Shown here: positions 37,798 through 49,811 of the stretch, piece by piece | Numbering within the stretch: the stretch's first letter is position 1 | How the letters are laid out: each line of letters begins with the position of its first letter | Origin: Octopus sinensis | Taxonomy: Eukaryota | Length of the DNA: 64,000 bases | Direction of reading: 5' to 3' | Assembly (NCBI RefSeq): GCF_006345805.1 | Contig: NC_043018.1 | Coordinates: 7,998,001 to 8,062,000, forward strand | Translations under genes and position numbers: made by a program | The notes under the pieces: model-generated | The model's input: the letters and a program-made list of their open reading frames with translations, nothing else | The model's database searches: none | Told to the model about the DNA's origin: nothing

Positions 37798-39329
37798 CTT
37801 ATATGAACTTATTTTGCTATATATATATATATATATTATGAATGTTCAGTCAACCATACCAAATTTTCAAATAGCTGCACCAAATTTTATCATTCAGTGA
37901 ATAGAACCATGACTTACCAATCAGTGCTGTATGGAATCTAGCTGTAATTCATTTAACAAGAGTTGATTAAATCAGGCTAAATACTTTCATATATGTGAAT
38001 AAAAGGTGATTTAGCTGTTGCTTCTAGCACATCTCATGACCATCTTCCTCATTTCTTTCTCACTCTGACAATTATTAATATTTTCCCCCATTAATAGCAT
38101 AAACTCATTTATGCTATTAAAAAAAATTTGGGGGAAAATTCATGAATTTTATCAACCCTAAACCTTACTGGTCATGAGATATGCCAGAAACAACAGCCAA
38201 ATCTCCCTTAAATCAGGCCATTTTTCTCCTGAAAATATTTACTTTTTTTTTTTTTTACCGAAATGGCTCAATAGTTTTTGAGTGTGTAGTTCCCAAAAAA
38301 AGTTATCGTGCATTGCGCCCACAAAATTAGTCCAGAGAGTCGAAGGGGTGGGATTGAAAAAACATTTTTTAAAAAATTTTTTTTGTTAAAAGTATGCTGC
38401 AGGTCATTCCCAAGGGCACTGTGAAAAGAAGAATTTCAAAAATCCCCATCAAAATGGAGAAATTCCAACTTATGTGGATCACCTATCGTTGACATCTGCC
38501 GAAATTAGGGGCAGTTGCCCATACAAAGAAATTCTGTTGTTGTTATTGTTATTATTGCAGTTGCTGTTTGTAATATGTTTGTAAGTTCAACTCCAGTAAA
38601 AATCACTTATAAAACATTTTATGTTTACTCAATGTCAAAGGGAAAGAGATTTTTGTTCAACCAAGAGATTTTCGTTAAACATTGCTCAAGAAAATTTTTC
38701 CAAATTCTTCCTTTGTTAAAAAAGTATTGTTATTTTTTTTTTTATTTATGAATTTTAATGGATTTTTTTGTTTGTTTTTTGATAATAAAGTTTACAGTGA
38801 TAATTATTTTATAACTTCTCATTCCATTTTAAAATTAAACAGCATGATTGCCATCTTCTTTGTCATCATTATCATCACAAACATCATCGCCACTACCACC
38901 ACAATCTTTATCATCATCATCATCATCATCATCACCTTCCACCTCCTCTTCATCATCATGTAACAGGATGAAGGTCTCTGGAACACTTGAGGGGTGTCGG
39001 TCTTATCCTGTTACATTCAAATGTGTAAAAAGGAAAACCAAACTTTGACTATCTTCAACAGCAATAAATAATACTTTATTTTGTCTGGATTCGCAAATAA
39101 AATATATACACGTATATTTTCTTCAGGGCAAACCGGTAGCCAAGGCCATAAAACTATTCACAATAGTTAACTTGTGTGAGCCAAAATGCTGTCTTTGCTC
39201 CCACATAGAAGGAGACCTCTCTACGTGTTGGGTTTTCCTAGAGAGAAGGGTGAGTTGTGTCCACTCGATTCGGCTGCATCTTCTAAAAGACAGATCTAGC
39301 AGGAAAACTTTCTGTTAGCACTTCTCTGT

Positions 39330-39391
39330 GCATGCGCATGAGGGAACTTCCGGTGGCCTACCGGAAGTAATCCAACTCTGCGCATGCATGC
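39330..39391. promoter_or_regulatory. Symmetric housekeeping-type promoter core: NRF1-ETS-ETS-NRF1
   Basis: GCATGCGCATG 39330, ACTTCCGG 39346, CCGGAAGT 39361, TGCGCATGCATGC 39379. Confidence 0.6.
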
Positions 39392-41122
39392 TGAAAACTT
39401 CCAAAATAGCGTCACTACAATCACCTTCTTCACCCTCCTCCTCCTCCTCATCGTCATCATTTTATTTCCACTTTCTATGTTTGTATGAGTCCAACAGGTT
39501 CCACCATTTGAGTCAGGCCTTATTTAGAATTACTACCCTCCAAAACACGTCAGAGACCATGTCTTGCTTGTACATTTTATTCTCAACATGTCTTCTATGA
39601 CTGGATGCCCTTTTTAATACCTAACCCCTTTACAGAATGTACTGGGTTTTAGAGAGAGAGATTGCCTTGTCCTTCATAAGACTAAACAGTCCTTTTGCTC
39701 TGTGGTGTTATGGGCTGTGATGGAGCTATGTGGTGTTGGTGGGGGGAATTGCAGATGAGGTGGATGGAAGTAAGGATTGCAAGCTATTTCGGCCAGTTAG
39801 CTTGTAGTGTGATGGAGGAAAAGGACAACAGAAAAAGAAGGAAATACAAAAGGCCTGACCTGTTGACCTCGGTGGAATCAGCGGTCACTGATTGAACTGA
39901 CCACACGTGCTTCCTGCCCACACATGCCCTCTGCCTGTGCCACTGGCCCCTGCAGTGCTCACTTCTGTCCACTTCATCTGCAATCCCCTCCACCAACACC
40001 ACATAGCTCCATCACAGTCCATAACACCACACTGTCTTTGTTTATTAACCAACTCTTTTATTGAATCTGGATTGTGTACATTATAAGTGTACCAACATTA
40101 TCAGTGTACCAACCCTAGAGATATCACCTGGTTGTCTACAAGTGAAAGAGTTTTCACTTCTCAGTACTTTCTCTGTTCCTTCAAGGCATTGTGAGGAAAT
40201 GGATGAAATGATGAGAGAGCAATGATAGAAGAACCAAAGTAGGAGGATAAAAGAGAAGAAAGCATGATAAGGATGAGAGGCTGGCAGAGGAGTGAGTAAA
40301 GGAAGAGACACAGTAATTGAAGCTACATGTGTGCTTTATAGATTGAAATGGAATAAAAAAAATATACTCTGGGAAAACTGGTAGTTGTCTGCAATAGGAA
40401 GAAATCTCTAGATTTAGTTATGCTTGCATTTAGATTAACGATTTGACCAATATTTTATGAGTGGAATAATTTGGTTGATAAAAACTGAAGAAGCCCATCA
40501 TATGTGCATACCTGTATATATTTCTTTACTGCCCACAAGGGGACAAACAAGGACAGACAAAGGGATTAGGTCGATTACATCGACCCCAGTGCGAAACTGG
40601 TACTTAATTTATTGACCCCGAAAGGATGAAAGGCAAAGTCGACCTTAGCGGAATTTGAACTCAGAGCGTAACAGCAGACGAAATACGGCTATGCATTTCG
40701 CCCGGCGTGCTAACGATTCTGCCAGCTCGCCGCCTTTGCATACCTGTATATGTAACTAGTAACCCTTACTAGCCTTCAATGTTAAATACTACAAAACAAA
40801 AGCATGCCTAAGAAAGCTTATCAAACCAAGGTCACAACTTCTAAATCTCTGCTTATTCTCAAGCAATGATGTAAGACTAACAATAGGCCATAACTTTGAA
40901 TTATATCATATATGAATTCAGCCCTTCATATTTCTACCAAGAGCCACCTTAGCAGCATTGAATGCTCCCGAGTAAACCAATACATTGGGCCCTATAGAAT
41001 TTATTGATAGCAAACCACAACATATATAGATCAGTATTGGCCCCCTAATCCTGTGCAGACCCTGGGAAAATCAGTGCTCTGGACCTTATAATATTTATTT
41101 ATTGACAGGAAACCACAACATA

Positions 41123-42347
41123 CACAGACATGACAGAAGTAAATAGACACCCTTATAATCATTCAAATTTATTTAAATCTGAAATTATACTTTCAAATTA
41201 TTTATTCATTTTTATAATGTGAATATTTAATATTTGGTAGACATGCCCTTTGCATTTTTCAATCCAAGGATCCTATCAGATGATGAATATTCTCTTGAGG
41301 AATTTTTTGACAAGTTTCATGCAGTAATCTCAAAATATTTGGCTTTGAAGTTGCTTTCTTGTTCTGTTTATGAAGTGTCCTGTCCATTATGCCCCAGAAG
41401 TGTTCAATAGGATTCACATCTGGTGACTCGCTTGGCCATGGAAACTTTTTAGTGCCGTTCTCATCCAGCAAATCTTGGGTCATTTTAGCCATGTGACAAG
41501 GAGTCCTAGCTTCCATAAATTAAGAGTCTTCTGTAATCATTTCACCACTTGAGAAGATTGGAAGGAGTCCTTTCTGCAATATGGACATATATTTATCTGA
41601 GTTAATGTTTCCTTCATACTCCACCAGCTCTGATTGACCATTGCTCCAAATTGCTCCCCAGACCATCACAGAATAGCTGTCATGTTTCATTGTTGGCTGT
41701 AATCTTTTCACATTAAATTCTTGATCATGGAGTCTCCAGACCCACACTTGACCACTGTCAGAAAATACAGCAAATCTGGACTCATTGGAGAATATGACAG
41801 TGTCCCAAAATCCTAGTGGCCTCTCCACCATCTCACTGGCCAATCTTTTCTCCACTTGAAATTGGCTGGTCAAAGAAGTGGCTTCCTTCTTGCTGCTCTG
41901 CCATAGTAACAAAGTTTGTGGAGGTACCTGACAGCTGTTCTGGGACTGATACCAATTTGTTCTGCTATGTCAGAGGTCTTGCAACGAGGATTATCCTCTG
42001 CTCTTCTCTTAGCAAAGAGAAGGGTCCTGTCAGAAGGCCCTGGTCAACCTGGGCAAGGTCATGTGGATCCTTCCCTTCTCTGGTGAAGTGCACAATCACT
42101 CTATTAATTGTAGAAAGCAGGATCCCTAGGTTTTCTGCAATTTTATGCTAAGTCTACCTTGAGCCACAATACGGCCTCTTTGATATTCAGACAGTTCCAA
42201 GGCCTCTTTTGTACATGGCATAATTAGACAGTCACATATAGAACCTGAAACATAAAAATGTCAATTAATAAAAAATATATACCTTTACACGTTAGAATAA
42301 ACATAAAAACAATGTTTTATGGGGTCTCTATTTACTGTCATTGTGCA
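41123..42347 (-). mobile_element. Degenerate Tc1-family (DD34E) transposon, ~1.2 kb
   Basis: W..VIFSNESRF, VMVWGAI, PCH, WPSxSPDxNPIEHFW motifs in ORFs 41520-41912 and 41259-41516; stops present; eroded TIRs at 41123 and 42321. Confidence 0.9.
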
Positions 42348-44123
42348 CAGATCAGAATTGGGCCCTAGACCTGTGAGGCTCCTAAATTTTGTTGAGTGAG
42401 GAATATATTTTTTATTTTTGTTGCCAACAAAGCATCTCTCTCTCTCTCTCTCTCTCAAATTGATCATGGTCATTGCCAGCCCCCTCTGGCCCCTGTGCCG
42501 GTAGCACATAAAAAGCACCCACTACACTCTCAGAGTGGTTGGCATTAGGAAGGGCAGTAGACATACTGCCAGATGAGACTGGAGCATGGGGCAGCCTTCT
42601 GGCTCCCCAGACCCCAGTCGAACCATCCAACCCATGCCAGCATGGAAAACGGATGTTAAACGATGATAATGGTGATGATGATATCCTCTTCATAGTAGCC
42701 CACGTCTCACTTCTGTATAAGAGCTCATGTAGGATGGTGCTATCGAAGAGTCTGGCACGCATGGTATTGTCTAGCTTTGTTTTGAATACATGCTTTATTG
42801 AGTTTTTAGTGAAAGGAGTTGAATGAATGCAGTGTGGTTTAAGCTCTGACAATATAATGTCTTCAGATTAAGATGAATCAGGATGAATAATCATTAAGAA
42901 ACTACAAAGGCAAGTTAAAGTTGACCACACCTCAATATTTATCTACGATGCTAAAATGAAATACATCAACTGGCATACCAAGTAGAACTCTGTTAGAAAC
43001 ATTGCATGGTTTCATGATGCTTCTTGAAGTAGATGATAAATGTTGGATAAAACACAAAACACGGTGTCAAAGATTCTGGTTGCAAATCTCTCCTTGCTAA
43101 AGCTGCTTTGTTTGTTTGTTGAGTGAAGCGGTCTTCGTCCTGGGAAAAGTCCGAAACGTGGTCCTTTGCTATTCATAAGACCCGCAGAAAAGAAAGTAGG
43201 TCAGCCCCCAACACCGAGAGCATTGACGGATGGATGAATGCGCATCCTGGCTCAGCGGTTGTATAGGAAGTCGGGGACAAGAAACAGGAAGAAAGAGTGA
43301 GAGAAAGTTGGAGCAAAAGAGTACAACAGGGGTTGCCACCACCCCCTGCCAGAGCCTCATGGAGCTTTTAGGTGTTTCGGTCTGGGAATCGAAATCGCGT
43401 TCCTCCGACCGCGAGTCCGCTGCCCTAACCACTGGGCCATTGTGCCTCCACTTACGAAAGCTGCTACTTTCATGTTGAAAATCAAAACTTGCTTGTAACA
43501 AACTCACCTCCCTTGAGAATTAGCAGGGAAAATCGTCCCTTAAATAGCTGATGTAGGGACTCTTGGCTAAGCTATCACGTTAAGGGGTGGACAGTCTGTG
43601 TACAGCTAAATGGACTTGACCATCACATGATGAACCAAAATGGGTAAGATAATAAGGTAAAAATGCAGATACCTGAAGGTAAAGAACGATCATGCTTCTG
43701 CTACAAGTTAAATGTTTTCCATCCTGCTATGACAAATGGTCATGGAAAGATCCATGCTAGGAATATCATTACGAGAACATATTTGAGATGAGATAATTCG
43801 AGAACAGAGTGGAGTGAATGATATGATTGCAGATTACCAAATGTACAAGTTCTACAAGGCTGGACATGTCACAAGGTTCACAGAGGCACAGAAGGACTTG
43901 CTGAGTGGTATCCAAGATTTCAGAAAAGGCCATTTGGAAGGCATCCACGATGATGGGAAGACAATTTAGTTAAGTAATTTGGGTCAAGATAGAAAGAATG
44001 GCGCAATCAAGACAGAATTGAAGGCAAACTGTGACCATCGGCATAAGACAGCATCTGATGGTCTGGTGGTCAATACTCCTAAGATAAATACTCCTAAGAG
44101 GTACCTCGCTAAGATAAATATTT

Positions 44124-44200
44124 AAATTACCTGAAGATTGACTGTAACCATAACTCGAATTGTTACGAATTGTACAGCCATGAAACGATCGTAGTGTTTT
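44124..44200 (+). ncRNA. Hammerhead ribozyme motif (U-U closing helix II)
   Basis: AAATTAC-CTGAAGA-TTGACTGTA...TACAGCCAT-GAAA-CGATCG-TA^GTGTTTT. Confidence 0.65.
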
Positions 44201-44442
44201 ACTCTTTATCTTTTATTAAACTTTTAATACTTTTGATATATATTTAAAATAATATATATTAATTAATTTTATGTATTGGCTTATGTTTTTCATTGTTTGA
44301 TTTGCCTAGTAGTGGTTTTATCTCTAATTTAATATAATATAATATTTTACTATAAAATTGGATTTAATCCTAAATCTGATTTTTCCCTGTAAGTTTGGAT
44401 TTATTCCCTAATATTTTATTATTAATTTATATATATATAGGT

Positions 44443-44482
<40 letters not shown>

Positions 44483-44629
44483 CAAAATTATATCTTGAGA
44501 TCACTAGTAATAACAATACTCAAAATATAAAACAGACTGGAGTTGTAGTGCTCCAAATGAGCTATATTCCACTTATTAATCTGTTCCTTTAGTTACTGCT
44601 CGCATTGTCTCCGCTCAGATTAATAAGTG

Positions 44630-44662
<33 letters not shown>

Positions 44663-45760
44663 GTATAAAGTAAGATAGGGGTTATGGGTGTAACCCACTA
44701 TGGGATATCATTTATCCAATATACTGTTGATAAAGTACCCAAATTCTTAATACATAAATGTTTTTAATTGCAATGTAATTAAGTCATTTATTGTATTAAA
44801 CAGGTGAAGGTAAAGAAATATTTTTACCGTAAATTTATAATACAAATAAGAAAATGGAGAAACAAATTTGGCTTGTTCATCAACTTACGGATATTATAAT
44901 GTTGGAAACCAAATTTGTTTCTCAATTTTCTTATTTGTATTATAAATATATATATATATATAAAACTGTAGTTGTGTGAGTGTCTGTCCCCTTCGATTTA
45001 GATTCCTAACTACTCCCACATTTTGCGGTGCAGTTTAACCAAATTCGGGTATCTTATAGTCGTGATTCATATCGAGCCCGTCTGGCTATTAGCGCGCGTC
45101 TACGATGAGTCTACGATTTTAAAAATAATTTACCATCATTTTTTATTCCATTTTAATGCATATTTTTTCATGTGTCGATGGCGGTGGAGTTGGCGTCCAT
45201 GGTCACACCTGTGTTGCTTCTCCCCCTTCTTCCCTCCCTCGTGAAGCTGTGGGGAAGGGAGTGTAAGGAAATCAACGTCGTAAAGCGTTGTCAAGGAGAC
45301 CAGCGTTCTTTTAGAACAACGACTTCATGACTTGAAGACACCAAAACAGAAATGGCTAAGAAAGCCCGAATTGGCATCTATAAGGGAAGTAACTCTCTAA
45401 AAATGCTTATATAGTTATTTCCCTTACAAACCCGAGCGACGCCGGGCGATACTGCTAGTATATATATATATATGTTGTGTGTGTGAGAGTCTGTCTACAC
45501 CGATTTAGATTCCTTACTCCCACATTTTGCGGTGCAGTTTAACCAAAACCGGGTATCTTATAGTCGTGATTCATATCGAGCCCTTCTGGGTATTAGCACG
45601 CGTCTACGATGAGTCTACGATTTAAAAAAAAAATTTACGATCATTTTTTCGTTTTTTTAATGCATTTTTTACTCGGTTTTATATAAGGGAAGTAACTCTC
45701 TAAAAATGCTTATATAGTTATTTCCCTTACAAACCCGAGCAACGCCGGGCGATACTGCTA

Positions 45761-45806
<46 letters not shown>

Positions 45807-47270
45807 CACTTAGGCATTGCAATACTAATAACCTGGTGTAGAACTCAATATACATACACTTCAGAACGAAGCATTAGTAGAGTACAGAATGGTAATAAGA
45901 AATGTGATGGCAAAGGAATAAACGATTATCTTATAATCTTCATAAAATAATTGTTCCTTTGTCATCTCTTCTCCTTATATCATCATCATCATCATTTAAC
46001 GTCCGTTTTCCATGCTGGCATGGATTGGACAGTTTGACAGGGGCTACCTCTAGCACCTGTCTGGTCTGGCATGGTTTTTGTTCCAGGATGCCCTTCCTAA
46101 TGCCACCGCTTTACAGCGTAGACTGAGTGTTTTTATGTGGACCCGCACGGAGTTTTGATGTCTGGATGTCCTTCCTAACGTCACCACTTTTAGTTTAATA
46201 TATTATATATGCGACAGGCTTCTTTCAGTTTCCATGTACAAAATCCCAGATCTTTTCGGTTTGAACGGCAGTTTTTTCTAGCGGTGTCATATGAAATTGT
46301 CACCCATAATTATGACCCTTGTATCGATCTATTGCATTTCAATCTATTTTAGGGTTAGGGTTAGGGGTGGGGGGAAGGGTATCTTTTTTTCTTCACAAAT
46401 GTAAATAAACCCAATCTGTTTCTTAAACGAGGGACATATTCATACGGCACAGAATGTTTTCACCTCAATAGACGTCATTGATTGGTTGAAATTGCAGAAA
46501 TTGAAGAAACAACAACAACAAATATCTTACAAACTATAGAATTTTCTCAATAAAGCCAAAAGAAGATGTTTTATAAACACATTCTACCAGTATACGAAGT
46601 TTAAAAGTGTTTAGTTACGTGGAGATTATTTTAAAAAACTGCCGTTCAAACCGAAAAGATCCCAAATCCCCTTATAGTAGCCGTGTCTTTGCGTCTTTTG
46701 TATTTTTGGTCCATATATTTATAGGCATACCTACACAATTGTGCTCCCCCCCACTACTTTGTTTCCCCATAACTTTCAGGAAAACGTATATTTCTTAATG
46801 AAATTTTCCACAAATACTTTTCAGATGGTGTAGATTAAAATTATATCAGAATTTAATAAAATAAAATAAAATAAAATCATTGTTGTGCACACACGCAGTA
46901 AGTATGTGTGCGTGTCCATTTGTTTTTGTTTTGTTTCATTAAATTCTGTTATAATCGTAATCTACACCATCTGAAAGGTATTTGTAGAAAATTTCATTTA
47001 AAGATATCCAAATTTCCTGAAAGTTATGAGAAAACAAAGACGACTCGTCTCGTGTGGATTTATGGAAATTCGTTTTAACACACTTGAAAATTATTTTTTT
47101 ATATTACACCATATGAAGCGAGTTTGTGGAAAATTTCATTTTAAAATATCCACTTTCCTCAAAGCTATGAGGAAACAAAATCGGTGGGGCACATTTATGT
47201 AGGTATGCCTACACAAGTTCAAATACACAGACGTACTCACACACACACATTCACACACACATACTCACAT

Positions 47271-47316
<46 letters not shown>

Positions 47317-47564
47317 ATACATATGCGTATGTGTGTCTATTTGAGTTGGTAACGTGTGAGCGTGTATGCGTATACAAAAAAATTCGTATCTGTTTTTTTT
47401 TATTCTCGTACTCAATTAACTAACAACTTATCCAAAACACATTTTACTCATTAAAAAAAACATACGGAAAAATCGAACAAATAATTATACAAATAGAAAT
47501 ACACAGAATATAATAATATTACATCAGGTTAGTATTATTGTTGATTTTGTAGAATGCGAAACTA

Positions 47565-47637
47565 AATTCTAACGGTTAGGCGCATAAATTCAAATGATCG
47601 GATTTTGCCATTTCAGGCGAAGAACTTTTTGGTGAGG
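47565..47637 (+). promoter_or_regulatory. Candidate NDC80 promoter/first exon: MYB-type TAACGGTTA, reverse CHR TTCAAA, donor G|gtgagg at 47632
   Basis: Motif co-occurrence in a non-repetitive CpG-containing patch; inference only. Confidence 0.3.
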
Positions 47638-48443
47638 AGAAGTTTTCTATTTATGTATTTGGAATTGTATTTATGGGATTATGGGTTCGGGATTTTAATG
47701 TTTGATGAAACCGTGATGTAAAGGAAATTTAAGACAGGTTTTGTGTGTGATTGTAAGAGCGTAAAGTTGTATTTGAAGTTCTTTCTTTCTTTCCAGTGAA
47801 TTTGAATGTTCTGTTCTCCTTCTTCGCCAAAACAAATCCCTTTAAAATACACAACACACATTCATACTCACACACTATATACATGTATAGAGTGTATACA
47901 TACACACACATATATATATATATATGTGTGTGTATATATACACATATATATATGTGTGTATATATACACATATATATATATGTGTGTATATATACACATA
48001 TATATATGTGTGTGTATATATATATATGATACGAGGGCAGTCAGTATAGGGAATCAGAGTAACAGGTTTTGTTGAATTTTCTGCTGCTTTAAATTAAGTA
48101 TATATCTGGAGCACCGCCTTTAGTCGAGCAAATCGACCCCGGTACTTATTCTATCGGTCTCTTTTGTCGAACCGCTAAGTGACGGGGACGTAAACACACC
48201 AGCATCGGTTGTCAAGCAATGCTAGAGGGACAAACACAGACACAAACATATACATACACATACATACATATATATATATACGACAGGCTTCTTTCAGTTT
48301 CCGTCTACCAAATCCACTCAAGGCATTGGTCGGCCCGAGGCTATAGTAGAAGACACTTGCCCAAGATGCCACGCAGTGGGACTGAACCCAGAACCATGTG
48401 GTTGGTAGGCAAGCTACTTACCACACAGCCACTCCTACGCCTA

Positions 48444-48490
<47 letters not shown>

Positions 48491-48955
48491 AAATATATAT
48501 ATTATTAATTAATTTCACCAAGTAGTGTTCAGTATGTAAAAGGACCATTCAAGGCGTATTCAAAATATTACTCTATATAATTAAGGGCTCAGTAAAATAA
48601 TTTACTTTGCCACATACTGAAATTTTTAGAAATAGCAGCCAAAAAAAATTTTCTTTAGCCATTTCTACTACTTTAAGAAGAATCTCCCTGGAAGTGCTAC
48701 TCAAAAATAATTCACGTAGATATGGAGGGAAAACAACAAAATATCAAATGTACAAAGATTATTCTTAAAATAGTAGAAATGGCTAAAGAAAATTTTTTTT
48801 GGCTGCTATTTCTAAAAATTTCAGTATGTGGCAAAGTAAATTATTTTACTGAGCCCTTAATCATATATATATATATACACACATTCAAACATGTGTTTGT
48901 ATGTGTGTGTACATATATATATATATATATACACACACATCCAAACGTGTTTGTA

Positions 48956-48999
<44 letters not shown>

Positions 49000-49740
49000 T
49001 TCAAACATGGGTTTGTATGTGTACACACATATATGTCATTGCGCCGTCCGTTCAAGAAAACACATTGTGAATGGTCCACAAGAACTAGGTTATATTTTTA
49101 AACATAGGATATTCTACAAAGTAATTACTATAGAAAAAAAGCGACAACAATAACAATAGTTTCTTTTTGTTTTTTCTCATTTTATATTATGGCAGACGGA
49201 TCTTTTCGGTTTGAGCGGCAGTTTTTTAAAATAATTTCCCCGTAACTAAACACTTTTAAACTTCGTATACTGGTAGAATGTGTTTATAAAACATCTTTTT
49301 CTCTTGGTTTTATTGAGAAAATTCTATAGTTTGTAAGATATTTGTTGTTGTTTTTCTTCAATTTCTGCAATTTCAACCAATCAATGATGTCTATTGAGGT
49401 GAAAACATTGTGTCGTATGAATATGTCCCTCGTTTAAGAAACAGATTGGGTTTATTTACATTTGTGAAGAAAAAAAGATACCCTTCCCCCCACCCCTAAC
49501 CCTAACCCTAAAATAGATTGAAATGCAATAGATCGATACAAGGGTCATAATTATGGGTGACAATTTCATATGACACCGCTAGAAAAAACTGCCGTTCAAA
49601 CCGAAAAAATCCGATATTACGAATATGGGATTTTTTTTTTAAATTCAAATTTTTCTTTAATAAGTACTCAATACCCCTTCCCTCCCACACCCACCCATCA
49701 CCTCCCTGCTTTCAAAAAACTAAGAACTCCGAATGTTTCA

Positions 49741-49811
49741 CGCATGCGTAGAATTCTACTGAAATAGCAGACGTCAAAAACATCAGACTACCACTAGAAT
49801 TCCCGACATGC
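49741..49811. promoter_or_regulatory. Candidate promoter core: NRF1-like CGCATGCG, GACGTCA, ZNF143/THAP11-like ACTAGAATTCCCGACATGC
   Basis: 16/19 match to the recalled ACTACAATTCCCAGCATGC motif; 1.9 kb upstream of the NDC80 first coding exon. Confidence 0.4.

Noticed and set aside
39127-39249. Plus-strand exon-like segment (cttcag / gtgagt, 41 open codons)
   Set aside because: Peptide unrecognisable and no partner exons; lies after the adaptor stop codon.
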